Shown here: positions 7,864 to 15,716 of the stretch, piece by piece | Layout of the letters: every line of letters starts with the position of its first letter | Position numbering within the stretch: the first letter of the stretch is position 1 | Assembly: GCF_003945235.1 (NCBI RefSeq) | Contig: NZ_RSDW01000001.1 | Coordinates: 2,490,001-2,522,000, forward strand | Source of the DNA: Edaphobacter aggregans | GTDB taxonomy: Bacteria; Acidobacteriota; Terriglobia; Terriglobales; Acidobacteriaceae | DNA: 32,000 bases | Reading direction: 5' to 3' | Notes under the pieces: model-generated | What the model saw: the letters and a program-made list of their open reading frames with translations, nothing else | What the model was told of the DNA's origin: nothing | Database searches by the model: none | Program-made: the position numbers and the translations under genes

Positions 7864-8801
7864 AGGAGCCTGACCATCCTCTGATTGTGCTTGTAGGTCC
7901 CACGGCAAGCGGCAAGACTTCGCTCGCGATTCACCTTGCAGAGGAGTTCAACGGCGAGATCGTGAGTTGCGACTCGGTTGCGGTCTATCGCGAGATGGAG
8001 ATCGGCACGGCCAAGCCCTCGCAAGAAGAGCGTGCGCTTGTGCTGCACCACATGATCGACATAGCGTGGCCGGACGAGCCATGCACTGCGGGTGACTATA
8101 GCAGGCAGGCTCGCGAGGCTCTCTCCGGTATTACCGGACGGGGACGGCTTCCGATCGTAGCTGGAGGTACCGGTCTCTACCTGCGCTCTCTGATCGATGG
8201 GCTATTTCCGTCACCACCTACGCATCCCGACCGGCGTGAACGGCTTCGCACGCTCGCTACGACACGTGGGGCGGTGTATCTGCACCGTATGCTGACACGG
8301 CTGGATCGTGTGGCCGCCGAGGCGATTCACGTCAATGACGTACCCAAGGTGATCCGCGCCATTGAGGTCTCGCTCGCCGCCAGCCAACCGCTGACGAAAC
8401 AGTGGGAGAAGGGTCGCGATAAGCTCACGGGCTATCGCATCCTGCGGTTGGGGCTGAACCCGCCGCGCACGCGTTTGTACGAGCGTATCAATCAGCGCGC
8501 TGCTGCGATGTTCGACCGCGGTCTGATTGAAGAAACTGCGCGACTGATTGAGCGGTATGGTGACGACTGCCGTCCTCTTACCTCGCTTGGGTATGCAGAG
8601 GCCTCCGCTGTAATACGCAATGAATTCACACGTGAGGAAGCAGTCGCTCAGGCTCAGCAAGGCCATCGCAACTATGCCAAACGTCAGCTCACATGGTTCC
8701 GTCGCGAGCCTGATATGCACTGGCTTCCCGGGTGTGGTGGAGATGACGACGTACTGCAGCAGGCTCGGGAGCTTGTGGTGCAGCATCTCAATGGGAAGTA
8801 G
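7845..8801 (+). CDS. miaA: tRNA dimethylallyltransferase
   Basis: The P-loop LIVLVGPTASGKTSLAI is followed by SCDSVAVYREMEIGTAKPS and GGTGLYLRSL. The start is ambiguous: TTG 7845, GTG 7857 or GTG 7860. Confidence 0.9.
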   Translation: MVAPVVKEPDHPLIVLVGPTASGKTSLAIHLAEEFNGEIVSCDSVAVYREMEIGTAKPSQEERALVLHHMIDIAWPDEPCTAGDYSRQAREALSGITGRGRLPIVAGGTGLYLRSLIDGLFPSPPTHPDRRERLRTLATTRGAVYLHRMLTRLDRVAAEAIHVNDVPKVIRAIEVSLAASQPLTKQWEKGRDKLTGYRILRLGLNPPRTRLYERINQRAAAMFDRGLIEETARLIERYGDDCRPLTSLGYAEASAVIRNEFTREEAVAQAQQGHRNYAKRQLTWFRREPDMHWLPGCGGDDDVLQQARELVVQHLNGK

Positions 8802-8860
8802 CTTTCCCTTCGGCTTTTGCATCGAATGTGACAGTGGTGTGGTGTACAGTAGACCCAACT

Positions 8861-8910
8861 GGGAATGAAGTCTCCCATTAACCGCCCGCAAGGGATGATG
8901 ACTTCTGCCA
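8861..8910 (+). promoter_or_regulatory. Fluoride riboswitch (crcB RNA motif)
   Basis: The RNA reads GGGAAUGAAGUCUCCCAUUAACCGCCCGCAAGGGAUGAUGACUUCUGCC. P1 is GGGA/UCCC and P3 is CCC-GCAA-GGG. The AACCGCC and GAUGAUG boxes are conserved. The pseudoknot pairs GAAGU (8867-71) with ACUUC (8901-05). The element lies directly upstream of crcB. Confidence 0.85.
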
Positions 8911-8947
8911 AGTGCTTTCGCGTAAGAGAACATTGAGGCAGGAGATC

Positions 8948-9370
8948 ATGACCTATCTCTGGATCACCATTGGGAGTGCCTTGGGCGGCCTCCTACGCTA
9001 CGCAATCACACGCGCAACCCTCAATCTGGACAACGGCTTTCCCTTCGGCACGGTGCTGGTCAACGTGCTTGGCTGTTTTTTGATCGGGTTCTTCGGTACT
9101 TTTACGCTGCCGGGCAGTCGGTATGCTGCGCCAGAGAACATGCGGCTTTTTGTGATGGTAGGGGTCTGCGGCGGCTTCACGACCTTCTCGGCCTTCAGCC
9201 TGCAGACTTTTGATCTGGTGCGATCTGGTGCGTGGGGACGCGCTCTGGCGAACGTTATCGCCTCGGTCGTACTCTGCTTCGTTTCGGTGGCGGCAGGCCA
9301 TCTTCTTGCGCATCGTACTGTAGCGCGAACGGAAATCGCTCAAGATCGCATAGAAGAATACACAGGCTGA
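8948..9370 (+). CDS. crcB: Fluoride ion channel CrcB/FluC
   Basis: I trimmed ORF 8912..9370 to ATG 8948, which has a purine-rich GAGGCAGGAG just upstream. GTVLVNVLGCFLIGF and GVCGGFTTFSAFS are CrcB signature blocks. The protein has four TM segments. Confidence 0.88.
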   Translation: MTYLWITIGSALGGLLRYAITRATLNLDNGFPFGTVLVNVLGCFLIGFFGTFTLPGSRYAAPENMRLFVMVGVCGGFTTFSAFSLQTFDLVRSGAWGRALANVIASVVLCFVSVAAGHLLAHRTVARTEIAQDRIEEYTG

Positions 9371-9382
9371 TAGCACCAAACG

Positions 9383-9420
9383 AAAAGGCCCATCCATCGT
9401 CGGATGAGCCCTTTCTGTTT
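9383..9420. terminator. Probable bidirectional terminator between crcB and the convergent lipoprotein gene
   Basis: The stem GGCCCATCC / GGATGAGCC has one mismatch and a 6-nt loop. It is flanked by AAAA upstream and CTTTCTGTTT downstream. Confidence 0.6.
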
Positions 9421-9432
9421 CCTCTGTATGAG

Positions 9433-10329
9433 CTAAGACGGCTGAACGACGAGGTCGTCCGCAAGCTTGAAACGCACGACGGATTCTGCGGGAATATCGA
9501 TGTCGCGATTTCCGGTGAGGCCAGCCGCGGCCGTGCCAGCACCTGCGCCGGCAAGACCGCCGATCAGAAGGCCGGTGCCGCCGGTTGCCACGCCGCCGAT
9601 CAGCATACCGAGACCGCTGCCGCCTCCGATGATTGCGGCCGATCGCTTGCCCTTGCCCTTCTTCGTGCGGGTGAGGCTACTGGTGTCGAGTGGATAGCGT
9701 GTTCCGTTCAGCGTCATTGAGGTCAACCGAAGCTCCAGTATCGACTGACCCTTGAAGTGTCCTCGTTTGTGCGATGCCGCGACGATCCCGCCCACTGGCG
9801 TTCCCTTCGGAACGATGACGTGATCATTGGGACCCACAACCGGCTCGACCAGTTCTCCATCAAAGTGGTCGCCCGCCTCGCTGGTTTTCACGCTAAGGTG
9901 CTGGTTGATGCGGATGGAAAGAGGCGTTCCGGCAGGAATCTTCACGTCAGCGGGCACGATGACTGGATTGCCGCCGGGAACAGGAGCTGAAGCGGTTTGA
10001 TTAGACGCGGCTGTCTGATCGGCGCCTGCGGGCTGTCCAGCGAGTGCAGGCTGTCCAGCTACAGCAGGAGTGTTCGCTGGAACACTGGCCGCTGGAGTCA
10101 CAGTCGTCGTTACGGCCTGGGTCGTCTGGCCCAGAGCTGGAGGCTGCACTGTTGTCGTGGTAGTGTTGCCATTCTTGTCGACCGTAATAACCTGCTGGGG
10201 CTGTCCGGTAGCGGCGGCTTGCTTCTTTGCCTGCTCAATCGCCGCATCCTGTTTCGACTGGCAACCAACAAAAAGCGTACAAGCCAGCGCCATCATGGCA
10301 ACAGGCTTCATTACCTGGGGAGTTTTCAT
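9433..10329 (-). CDS. Lipoprotein with a low-complexity Ala/Gln/Thr linker and a C-terminal glycine-zipper segment
   Basis: MKTPQVMKPVAMMALACTLFVGC carries a lipobox (LFVGC). The C-terminus AAIIGGGSGLGMLIGGVATGGTGLLIGGLAGAGAG is a glycine-zipper (SlyB/17-kDa-antigen-like) motif. Confidence 0.65.
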   Translation of the reverse strand: MKTPQVMKPVAMMALACTLFVGCQSKQDAAIEQAKKQAAATGQPQQVITVDKNGNTTTTTVQPPALGQTTQAVTTTVTPAASVPANTPAVAGQPALAGQPAGADQTAASNQTASAPVPGGNPVIVPADVKIPAGTPLSIRINQHLSVKTSEAGDHFDGELVEPVVGPNDHVIVPKGTPVGGIVAASHKRGHFKGQSILELRLTSMTLNGTRYPLDTSSLTRTKKGKGKRSAAIIGGGSGLGMLIGGVATGGTGLLIGGLAGAGAGTAAAGLTGNRDIDIPAESVVRFKLADDLVVQPS

Positions 10330-10455
10330 TGTATTCGGGCCTCATTTCTTGCAGAGTCTCGCTCATTGTTACATCTGACGCAATATGACGAACTTCGCTG
10401 TCATAGTTTGATGCTTATTGACTGCCCGAGACTGCCCGCCCCCAAAAGGTTTAAG

Positions 10456-11685
10456 ATGGTCTCTATGTATAGTGCAGCCACGACCCGTCCGCAGCTTGTT
10501 CATTTGACCGAACAACTTAACGATCTCAAGCAACGCGGAACGTACTTCAAGCTGCGCATCCTGGAGGATGAACAGGGCTCCGTCTGCACCTATGACGGCA
10601 AGCGTGTCATCAATCTTGCCTCCAACAACTATCTTGGTCTCTGCGACCATCCCAAGCTCCGCGAAGCCGCCATCGCTGCGACAGAGAAGTACGGCGTCGG
10701 CTCGGGTGCCGTCCGTACCATCGCCGGAACCATGCGCATTCACATGGAGCTTGAAGAAAAGATCGCTGCATTCAAGGGCGTCGAAGCCTGTGTTGTCTTC
10801 CAGTCCGGCTTTACGGCCAACGCCGGTACAGTCTCATCCATTCTTGGGAAAGAAGATTTCATTCTCTCCGACGAGCTCAACCACGCCAGCATCATCGATG
10901 GAGCTCGGCTCTCGCGTGCGAAGATCAAGGTCTTCCGCCACAAGGATGTTGCCCACGCCGAAGAGCTCCTCAAAGAGATCCAGAACGAGCCCGGCCGCAA
11001 GCTTCTCATCACCGACGGTGTCTTCTCTATGGACGGCGACATTGGTCCGGTGGACAAGCTCTGCGACCTCGCCGACAAATACGGCGCCATTATGATGGTC
11101 GACGATGCCCATGCCAGCGGTGTTCTTGGCCGCAATGGTCGCGGCTCGGTCGATCACTTCCATTGCACCCAGCGTGTCGATGTGCAGGTGGGCACTCTCT
11201 CAAAGGCCATTGGCGCACTTGGCGGCTATGTCTGCGGGTCGCGCGACTTGATCGACTACCTCTACCATCGCGCGCGCCCGTTCCTCTTTTCGACCTCGCA
11301 CCCACCCTCAGTCGCTGCCACCTGTATCGCTGCCTTTGATCTGCTGGAGTCGGAGCCGGAGCGCATCGAGCGCCTGTGGAACAACACCCGCTACTTCAAG
11401 CAGCAGCTCACCGAAGCCGGATTCGACGTTGGCGGACGCACTACTCCGGCAAGCGAGACTCCCATCACGCCCATCCTCATCGGCGACGGCCGCAAAACAA
11501 TGGAATTCAGCAAGGCGCTCTTCGATGCGGGAGTCATGGCCACCGGTATCGCTTTTCCCACGGTCCCTGAAGGGAAAGCACGCATTCGCACGATCATGAC
11601 CAGCGAGCACACTCGCAAACAGATCGACCAGGCACTCGATACCCTCACGACAGTTGCCCGCAAGATGAGCATCCTCAATGTCTGA
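10456..11685 (+). CDS. kbl: Glycine C-acetyltransferase (2-amino-3-ketobutyrate CoA ligase)
   Basis: I trimmed ORF 9997..11685 to ATG 10456, because the upstream part overlaps the opposite-strand lipoprotein gene. It matches remembered Kbl sequences block by block: GSGAVRTIAGT, VFQSGFTANAG, SDELNHASIIDG, ITDGVFSMDGD, MVDDAHASGVLG, VGTLSKA and RPFLFSTSHPP. Confidence 0.9.
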   Translation: MVSMYSAATTRPQLVHLTEQLNDLKQRGTYFKLRILEDEQGSVCTYDGKRVINLASNNYLGLCDHPKLREAAIAATEKYGVGSGAVRTIAGTMRIHMELEEKIAAFKGVEACVVFQSGFTANAGTVSSILGKEDFILSDELNHASIIDGARLSRAKIKVFRHKDVAHAEELLKEIQNEPGRKLLITDGVFSMDGDIGPVDKLCDLADKYGAIMMVDDAHASGVLGRNGRGSVDHFHCTQRVDVQVGTLSKAIGALGGYVCGSRDLIDYLYHRARPFLFSTSHPPSVAATCIAAFDLLESEPERIERLWNNTRYFKQQLTEAGFDVGGRTTPASETPITPILIGDGRKTMEFSKALFDAGVMATGIAFPTVPEGKARIRTIMTSEHTRKQIDQALDTLTTVARKMSILNV

Positions 11686-11761
11686 TCCATATAGCGGCCA
11701 CATTTCATATAAAACACATCCACGGTCGCGTCTATTCCAACGGATCCGCGTCTTATTCTTT

Positions 11762-12595
11762 ATGCGTCTTTTCCATCCGCAGGAACCGAAGCGTTTCACC
11801 ACGCTTGTGGCGACCGCTTTTCTCCTCATTTTTGCAGTTCCTGCATCCCTTCGGGCCCAGCAACTGATCGCCAGCGACTCAGTTAGTTCCAGTTCCAACC
11901 TTCCGGACGCTCCCAGCACACTGCTCGAACAGCAGTCAGGCCAAACGACAACTCCGGCTCAGCAGCAGTCGAACAATCCTGATGCCGCCAACGGCCCCCA
12001 ACAGACCAAGCGCATCCTCGGGATCATGCCCAATTTCAGCGCCGTGTCCGCAAACACGAAGCTCCCACCGCTGGGCGCGAAAGAAAAATTTCATCTGGCT
12101 GCCCGCAACAGCTTCGATTACTCGTCGTTCCTGCTCTCTGGCATCCAGGCAGGCTTTGCCATGAACAGTAAATCTACCCCTGAGTTCGGGCAGGGCATGG
12201 TCGGTTATGGCCGTTACTACTGGCACACCCTCGCCGACACCGCGAACGAGAACTTCATGGTCAGCGGCACCTACCCTGCACTCTTCCGTCAGGACCCCCG
12301 CTTCTACACTCTCGGTCATGGAGGCTTCCGCAAGCGTGCCTTCTACGCCGCCACACGCGTTCTGGTCACTCGACAGGATAGCGGCGACGAGATGTTCAAC
12401 TTCTCTGAAATCATCGGCTCAGGCTCCGCCGCCGGCATCTCTTCGCTCTATTACCCCACCAGATACCGCACTTGGACCAAAGTCGGCCAGAAGTGGCTCA
12501 CTAGCGTTCTCATCGATTCAGCCAACTTCACCTTCAAGGAGTTCTGGCCCGACATCAACCACGCAGTCTTCCACGGTCACGGCAGCGACCAGTAA
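11762..12595 (+). CDS. Secreted hypothetical protein
   Basis: I trimmed ORF 11678..12595 to ATG 11762. MRLFHPQEPKRFTTLVATAFLLIFAVPASLRAQQ is signal-peptide-like. A Ser/Gln-rich linker and a globular domain follow. I do not recognise the family. Confidence 0.55.
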   Translation: MRLFHPQEPKRFTTLVATAFLLIFAVPASLRAQQLIASDSVSSSSNLPDAPSTLLEQQSGQTTTPAQQQSNNPDAANGPQQTKRILGIMPNFSAVSANTKLPPLGAKEKFHLAARNSFDYSSFLLSGIQAGFAMNSKSTPEFGQGMVGYGRYYWHTLADTANENFMVSGTYPALFRQDPRFYTLGHGGFRKRAFYAATRVLVTRQDSGDEMFNFSEIIGSGSAAGISSLYYPTRYRTWTKVGQKWLTSVLIDSANFTFKEFWPDINHAVFHGHGSDQ

Positions 12596-12617
12596 GGCAC
12601 GAACTGCAGCAGGTTGT

Positions 12618-13922
12618 TTATTGGCGATATACAACCCGTCCTTCGCAGATCGTGGCCTTTACGCGCCCCAGCATCGCCGCTCCGGCAAACGGAGTGTTCC
12701 GCGACTTCGATCGCGTCTTCGTTGCATCGTAGGCCCACTCAGCCGTCGCATCGAACACCACGACGTCAGCGAAGCCCCCAACACTGAGCGTACCGCGACC
12801 TTCGAGTGAGACAATCCCCGCAGGGACCGCGCTCACCAACTGCATTACGCGGGCCAGCGACATTCCCTGCCCTTTGTGCAGTACGCGCAACGCTAGTCCC
12901 AGCGCGGTCTCGAGGCCGGTGATGCCGTTCGGGGCGCGCTCGAACTCCTGCTCCTTTTCGTGTGACGCGTGTGGGGCGTGGTCCGTTGCGATGCAATCCA
13001 CTGTTCCGTCCATCAAACCGGCGACCATCGCCATGCGGTCAGACTCTGCGCGCAGTGGAGGGTTCATCTTCGCGTGCGTGTCGTAGTCGCCGATCGCATC
13101 ATCGGTCAAAGTGAAGTGGTGCGGCGCCACCTCGCATGTCACATGCAGGCCCTCGCGCTTGGCCTGACGAATGGCCTCCATCGCTCGTGCCGTCGACACA
13201 TGCTGCACATGCAGATGCGGCCTTAGCCCTTCAGCCTTTTCGATCTCGCGCAACAGGCGGATATCCCGCTCCACAATCCGAGCCTCTGCCTCCACCGTCA
13301 TTCCGCGCAGCCCGAGCCGAAACGCTACGGGTCCGGCATTCATGCTGCAACCGCCGGTTAGCCGCGTGTCTTCTGCATGTTGCGAAACGGGAACACCTAA
13401 TCGAGCAGCGGCCACGAGTGCAGCTCGCATCACGTGATCTTCCAGCACCGGCTTGCCATCGTCGGTAAAGCCAACTGCACCGGCCTTGTGTAGTGCGGCG
13501 AAATCTGACAGTTCGCCGCCCATGCTCCCCATCGTCGCAGCAGGCATAGCAAACAGTTTCACCACCGAACCGCGCGCTGCATCCATCATCCAATCAAGGC
13601 TTGCGACTGAATCGTTCACCGGCACTGTATTCGGCATGGCCACCACAGTCGTGAAGCCGCCAGCAGCGGCAGCCGCTGTTCCTGTGGCGATCGTCTCCTT
13701 GTATGTCTGACCCGGCTCGCGCAGATGCACATGCACGTCTATCAATCCCGGCGCGACTATCAGGCCCGCCGCGTCGATCGTCTCGACAGCCTGCACCTCT
13801 TTCAACCCACCCGGAGCTTCTACCGCAACAACGTGTCCATCCCGCAGCAGTAGATCTCGCGGCGCATCCACATTGTTGGCTGGATCAATTAGGCGTCCGT
13901 TCAAAATCAACAAATCATTCAT
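12618..13922 (-). CDS. pyrC: Dihydroorotase
   Basis: DVHVHLREPG, GGFTTVVAMPNT and the DHAPH metal-ligand blocks are present. The start ATG overlaps the pyrB stop (ATGA). Confidence 0.9.
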   Translation of the reverse strand: MNDLLILNGRLIDPANNVDAPRDLLLRDGHVVAVEAPGGLKEVQAVETIDAAGLIVAPGLIDVHVHLREPGQTYKETIATGTAAAAAGGFTTVVAMPNTVPVNDSVASLDWMMDAARGSVVKLFAMPAATMGSMGGELSDFAALHKAGAVGFTDDGKPVLEDHVMRAALVAAARLGVPVSQHAEDTRLTGGCSMNAGPVAFRLGLRGMTVEAEARIVERDIRLLREIEKAEGLRPHLHVQHVSTARAMEAIRQAKREGLHVTCEVAPHHFTLTDDAIGDYDTHAKMNPPLRAESDRMAMVAGLMDGTVDCIATDHAPHASHEKEQEFERAPNGITGLETALGLALRVLHKGQGMSLARVMQLVSAVPAGIVSLEGRGTLSVGGFADVVVFDATAEWAYDATKTRSKSRNTPFAGAAMLGRVKATICEGRVVYRQ

Positions 13923-14911
13923 GCCACAACTCTCTTGAATCCGTCTGCATTCAATGCCCGCACTAGCAGAGCCGACCGCACCGCCAGTCCGTGTCGCACC
14001 TGATCCTCAATCGCAGACTGTGGTCCATCAGCCACCTCACCCGCGATCTCATGTCCACGAATCATCGGCCCTGGATGCATTACTAATGCTTCGGGCGCAC
14101 TTGCCGCCAGCCGCTCAGCGTTCAATTGATAGCGCGCAATGTATTCACCTAGATCTAATTCCATCCCGGCCAGCCGCTCACGCTGAATCCGCAGCATCAT
14201 CGCCACTTGCGCCTGCTGCAAAGCGCGGTCGAAGTCCCGCTCAATCTCCACGCCTTCACCTAATTCGCGCGCAATCTCCGGCAAAAGTGGCTCCGGCCCG
14301 CACAGCAATACTCGCGCACCCAGCCTGGGCAGCAACATCGCGTTCGAGCGTGCCACGCGGCTATGCAGGATATCGCCCGTGATCACAACAGTCACGCCGC
14401 TCAGCGTCTTCGCATGCACCGTCGCCGGATCGAGGCCCGGCAGGCGTGTAAGCATCGTCCGTAGGTCGAGCAGGGCCTGAGAAGGGTGCTCATGCATCCC
14501 ATCGCCAGCGTTCAGCACCGGAAGTCCCGTTTCACGCGCCAGCAGGAACGGCGCTCCCGAAGACAGATGCCGCAGGACGATGCACTCCGCGCCTAAAGCT
14601 CGCAGCGTCAGCCCCGTATCCTTCAGGCTCTCGCCTTTCTCGATCGACGAACTCTTGTCGCTCACCAGCGTCGTCGTCGCACCTAGTGATTTAGCCGCCA
14701 ACTCAAATGACGTACGGGTACGCGTGCTCGATTCATAGAACAGCAGCGCAACCTTGCGACCATCCAGCAGAGCGGCACGTTCGCTATGAGGCATCTGCTC
14801 AATCCGCGCCGTAGCTCCCAGAATCGCCGAGACCTCCTCGACCGTCAGGTGCGTAATACTAAGCAAAGATCCCGGTGCGTATATCGAAGTCGACTTCAAA
14901 GCCTGAGCCAT
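13919..14911 (-). CDS. pyrB: Aspartate carbamoyltransferase catalytic subunit
   Basis: The carbamoyl-phosphate site is ESSTRTRTSFE. HPSQALLD and the HPGP(M) motif are also present. It starts 3 nt after the pyrR stop. Confidence 0.92.
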   Translation of the reverse strand: MAQALKSTSIYAPGSLLSITHLTVEEVSAILGATARIEQMPHSERAALLDGRKVALLFYESSTRTRTSFELAAKSLGATTTLVSDKSSSIEKGESLKDTGLTLRALGAECIVLRHLSSGAPFLLARETGLPVLNAGDGMHEHPSQALLDLRTMLTRLPGLDPATVHAKTLSGVTVVITGDILHSRVARSNAMLLPRLGARVLLCGPEPLLPEIARELGEGVEIERDFDRALQQAQVAMMLRIQRERLAGMELDLGEYIARYQLNAERLAASAPEALVMHPGPMIRGHEIAGEVADGPQSAIEDQVRHGLAVRSALLVRALNADGFKRVVA

Positions 14912-14914
14912 CGG

Positions 14915-15490
14915 CTAGTCCACCAGCTCGACCAGCAGAACCTGCTCCTGACCGTCCACTTCGCTCAACTTCACCTCAATGATCTCCCGGCTGGAGGTGG
15001 GAATCGAACGTCCCACAAACGTCGCCTCGATCGGTAGCTCACGATGCCCGCGGTCGATCAGCACCAGAAGCTGAACGCTCTTCGGCCGCCCATGATCGAA
15101 CAGCGCATCGAGCGCCGCGCGAATCGTCCGTCCCGTGTACAGCACATCGTCCATCAGGATGATGTCCCTGCCCGTTACGTCGAATCCGATCGCGCCCGGT
15201 GTTACCTTCGGCCGCGGCCCATCTGTCGACAAGTCGTCGCGATAGAAACTGATATCAAGCACGCCCGTATCCACAGGATGCTTCTCGATTTTTGCAATCA
15301 AATCGCCGATCCGTTGCGCCAGCGGAACACCGCGCCGCCTGATCCCCACCAAACCAAGGTTGGAGCCACCATCATTTTTCTCAACGATCTCGTGGGCAAG
15401 CCGCACCAGGGTTCGTTCAATCTCCGAGGCCGACATAAGACGGCCCTTCTCGCGTATCTTCGGCTGTCCGGTTTCCGTAGTCTCACTCAT
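14915..15490 (-). CDS. pyrR: Bifunctional pyr operon regulator / uracil phosphoribosyltransferase PyrR
   Basis: I trimmed ORF 14915..15814 to ATG 15490, giving 191 aa, the typical PyrR size. The PRPP-binding loop is IILMDDVLYTGRT. The ELPI and EVKL blocks are present. Confidence 0.88.
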   Translation of the reverse strand: MSETTETGQPKIREKGRLMSASEIERTLVRLAHEIVEKNDGGSNLGLVGIRRRGVPLAQRIGDLIAKIEKHPVDTGVLDISFYRDDLSTDGPRPKVTPGAIGFDVTGRDIILMDDVLYTGRTIRAALDALFDHGRPKSVQLLVLIDRGHRELPIEATFVGRSIPTSSREIIEVKLSEVDGQEQVLLVELVD

Positions 15491-15716
15491 AACGATTCGG
15501 CTTGATGATATCAGCAGGACGCCTCTCAAGTCGCAGACCTCCCGATATCCGCACCAATCCCACGTAAAGGGCGAGACAAAACTGGCCTTGGCATACAACG
15601 CAGCAGGGCATGCCTTATAGTTTCTGGGCAGTCTCGCGTCCGGTTTATCGCCTGCCAATATGTGTAGACTCGCCAACCTGGGGGCGAACCTTATGTCCAG
15701 CAAGGAGCTAATCGTT

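Noticed and set aside
8211-8933. A 240-aa minus-strand ORF lies opposite miaA and the riboswitch region.
   Set aside because: It lies entirely antisense to a confidently identified gene (miaA) and has no recognisable motif. This is a typical shadow ORF of GC-rich DNA. It would also run through the fluoride riboswitch.
9997-10455. A 153-codon N-terminal extension of the kbl ORF.
   Set aside because: It overlaps the opposite-strand lipoprotein gene and has Arg/Cys/Leu-rich nonsense composition. Kbl homology begins only after ATG 10456.
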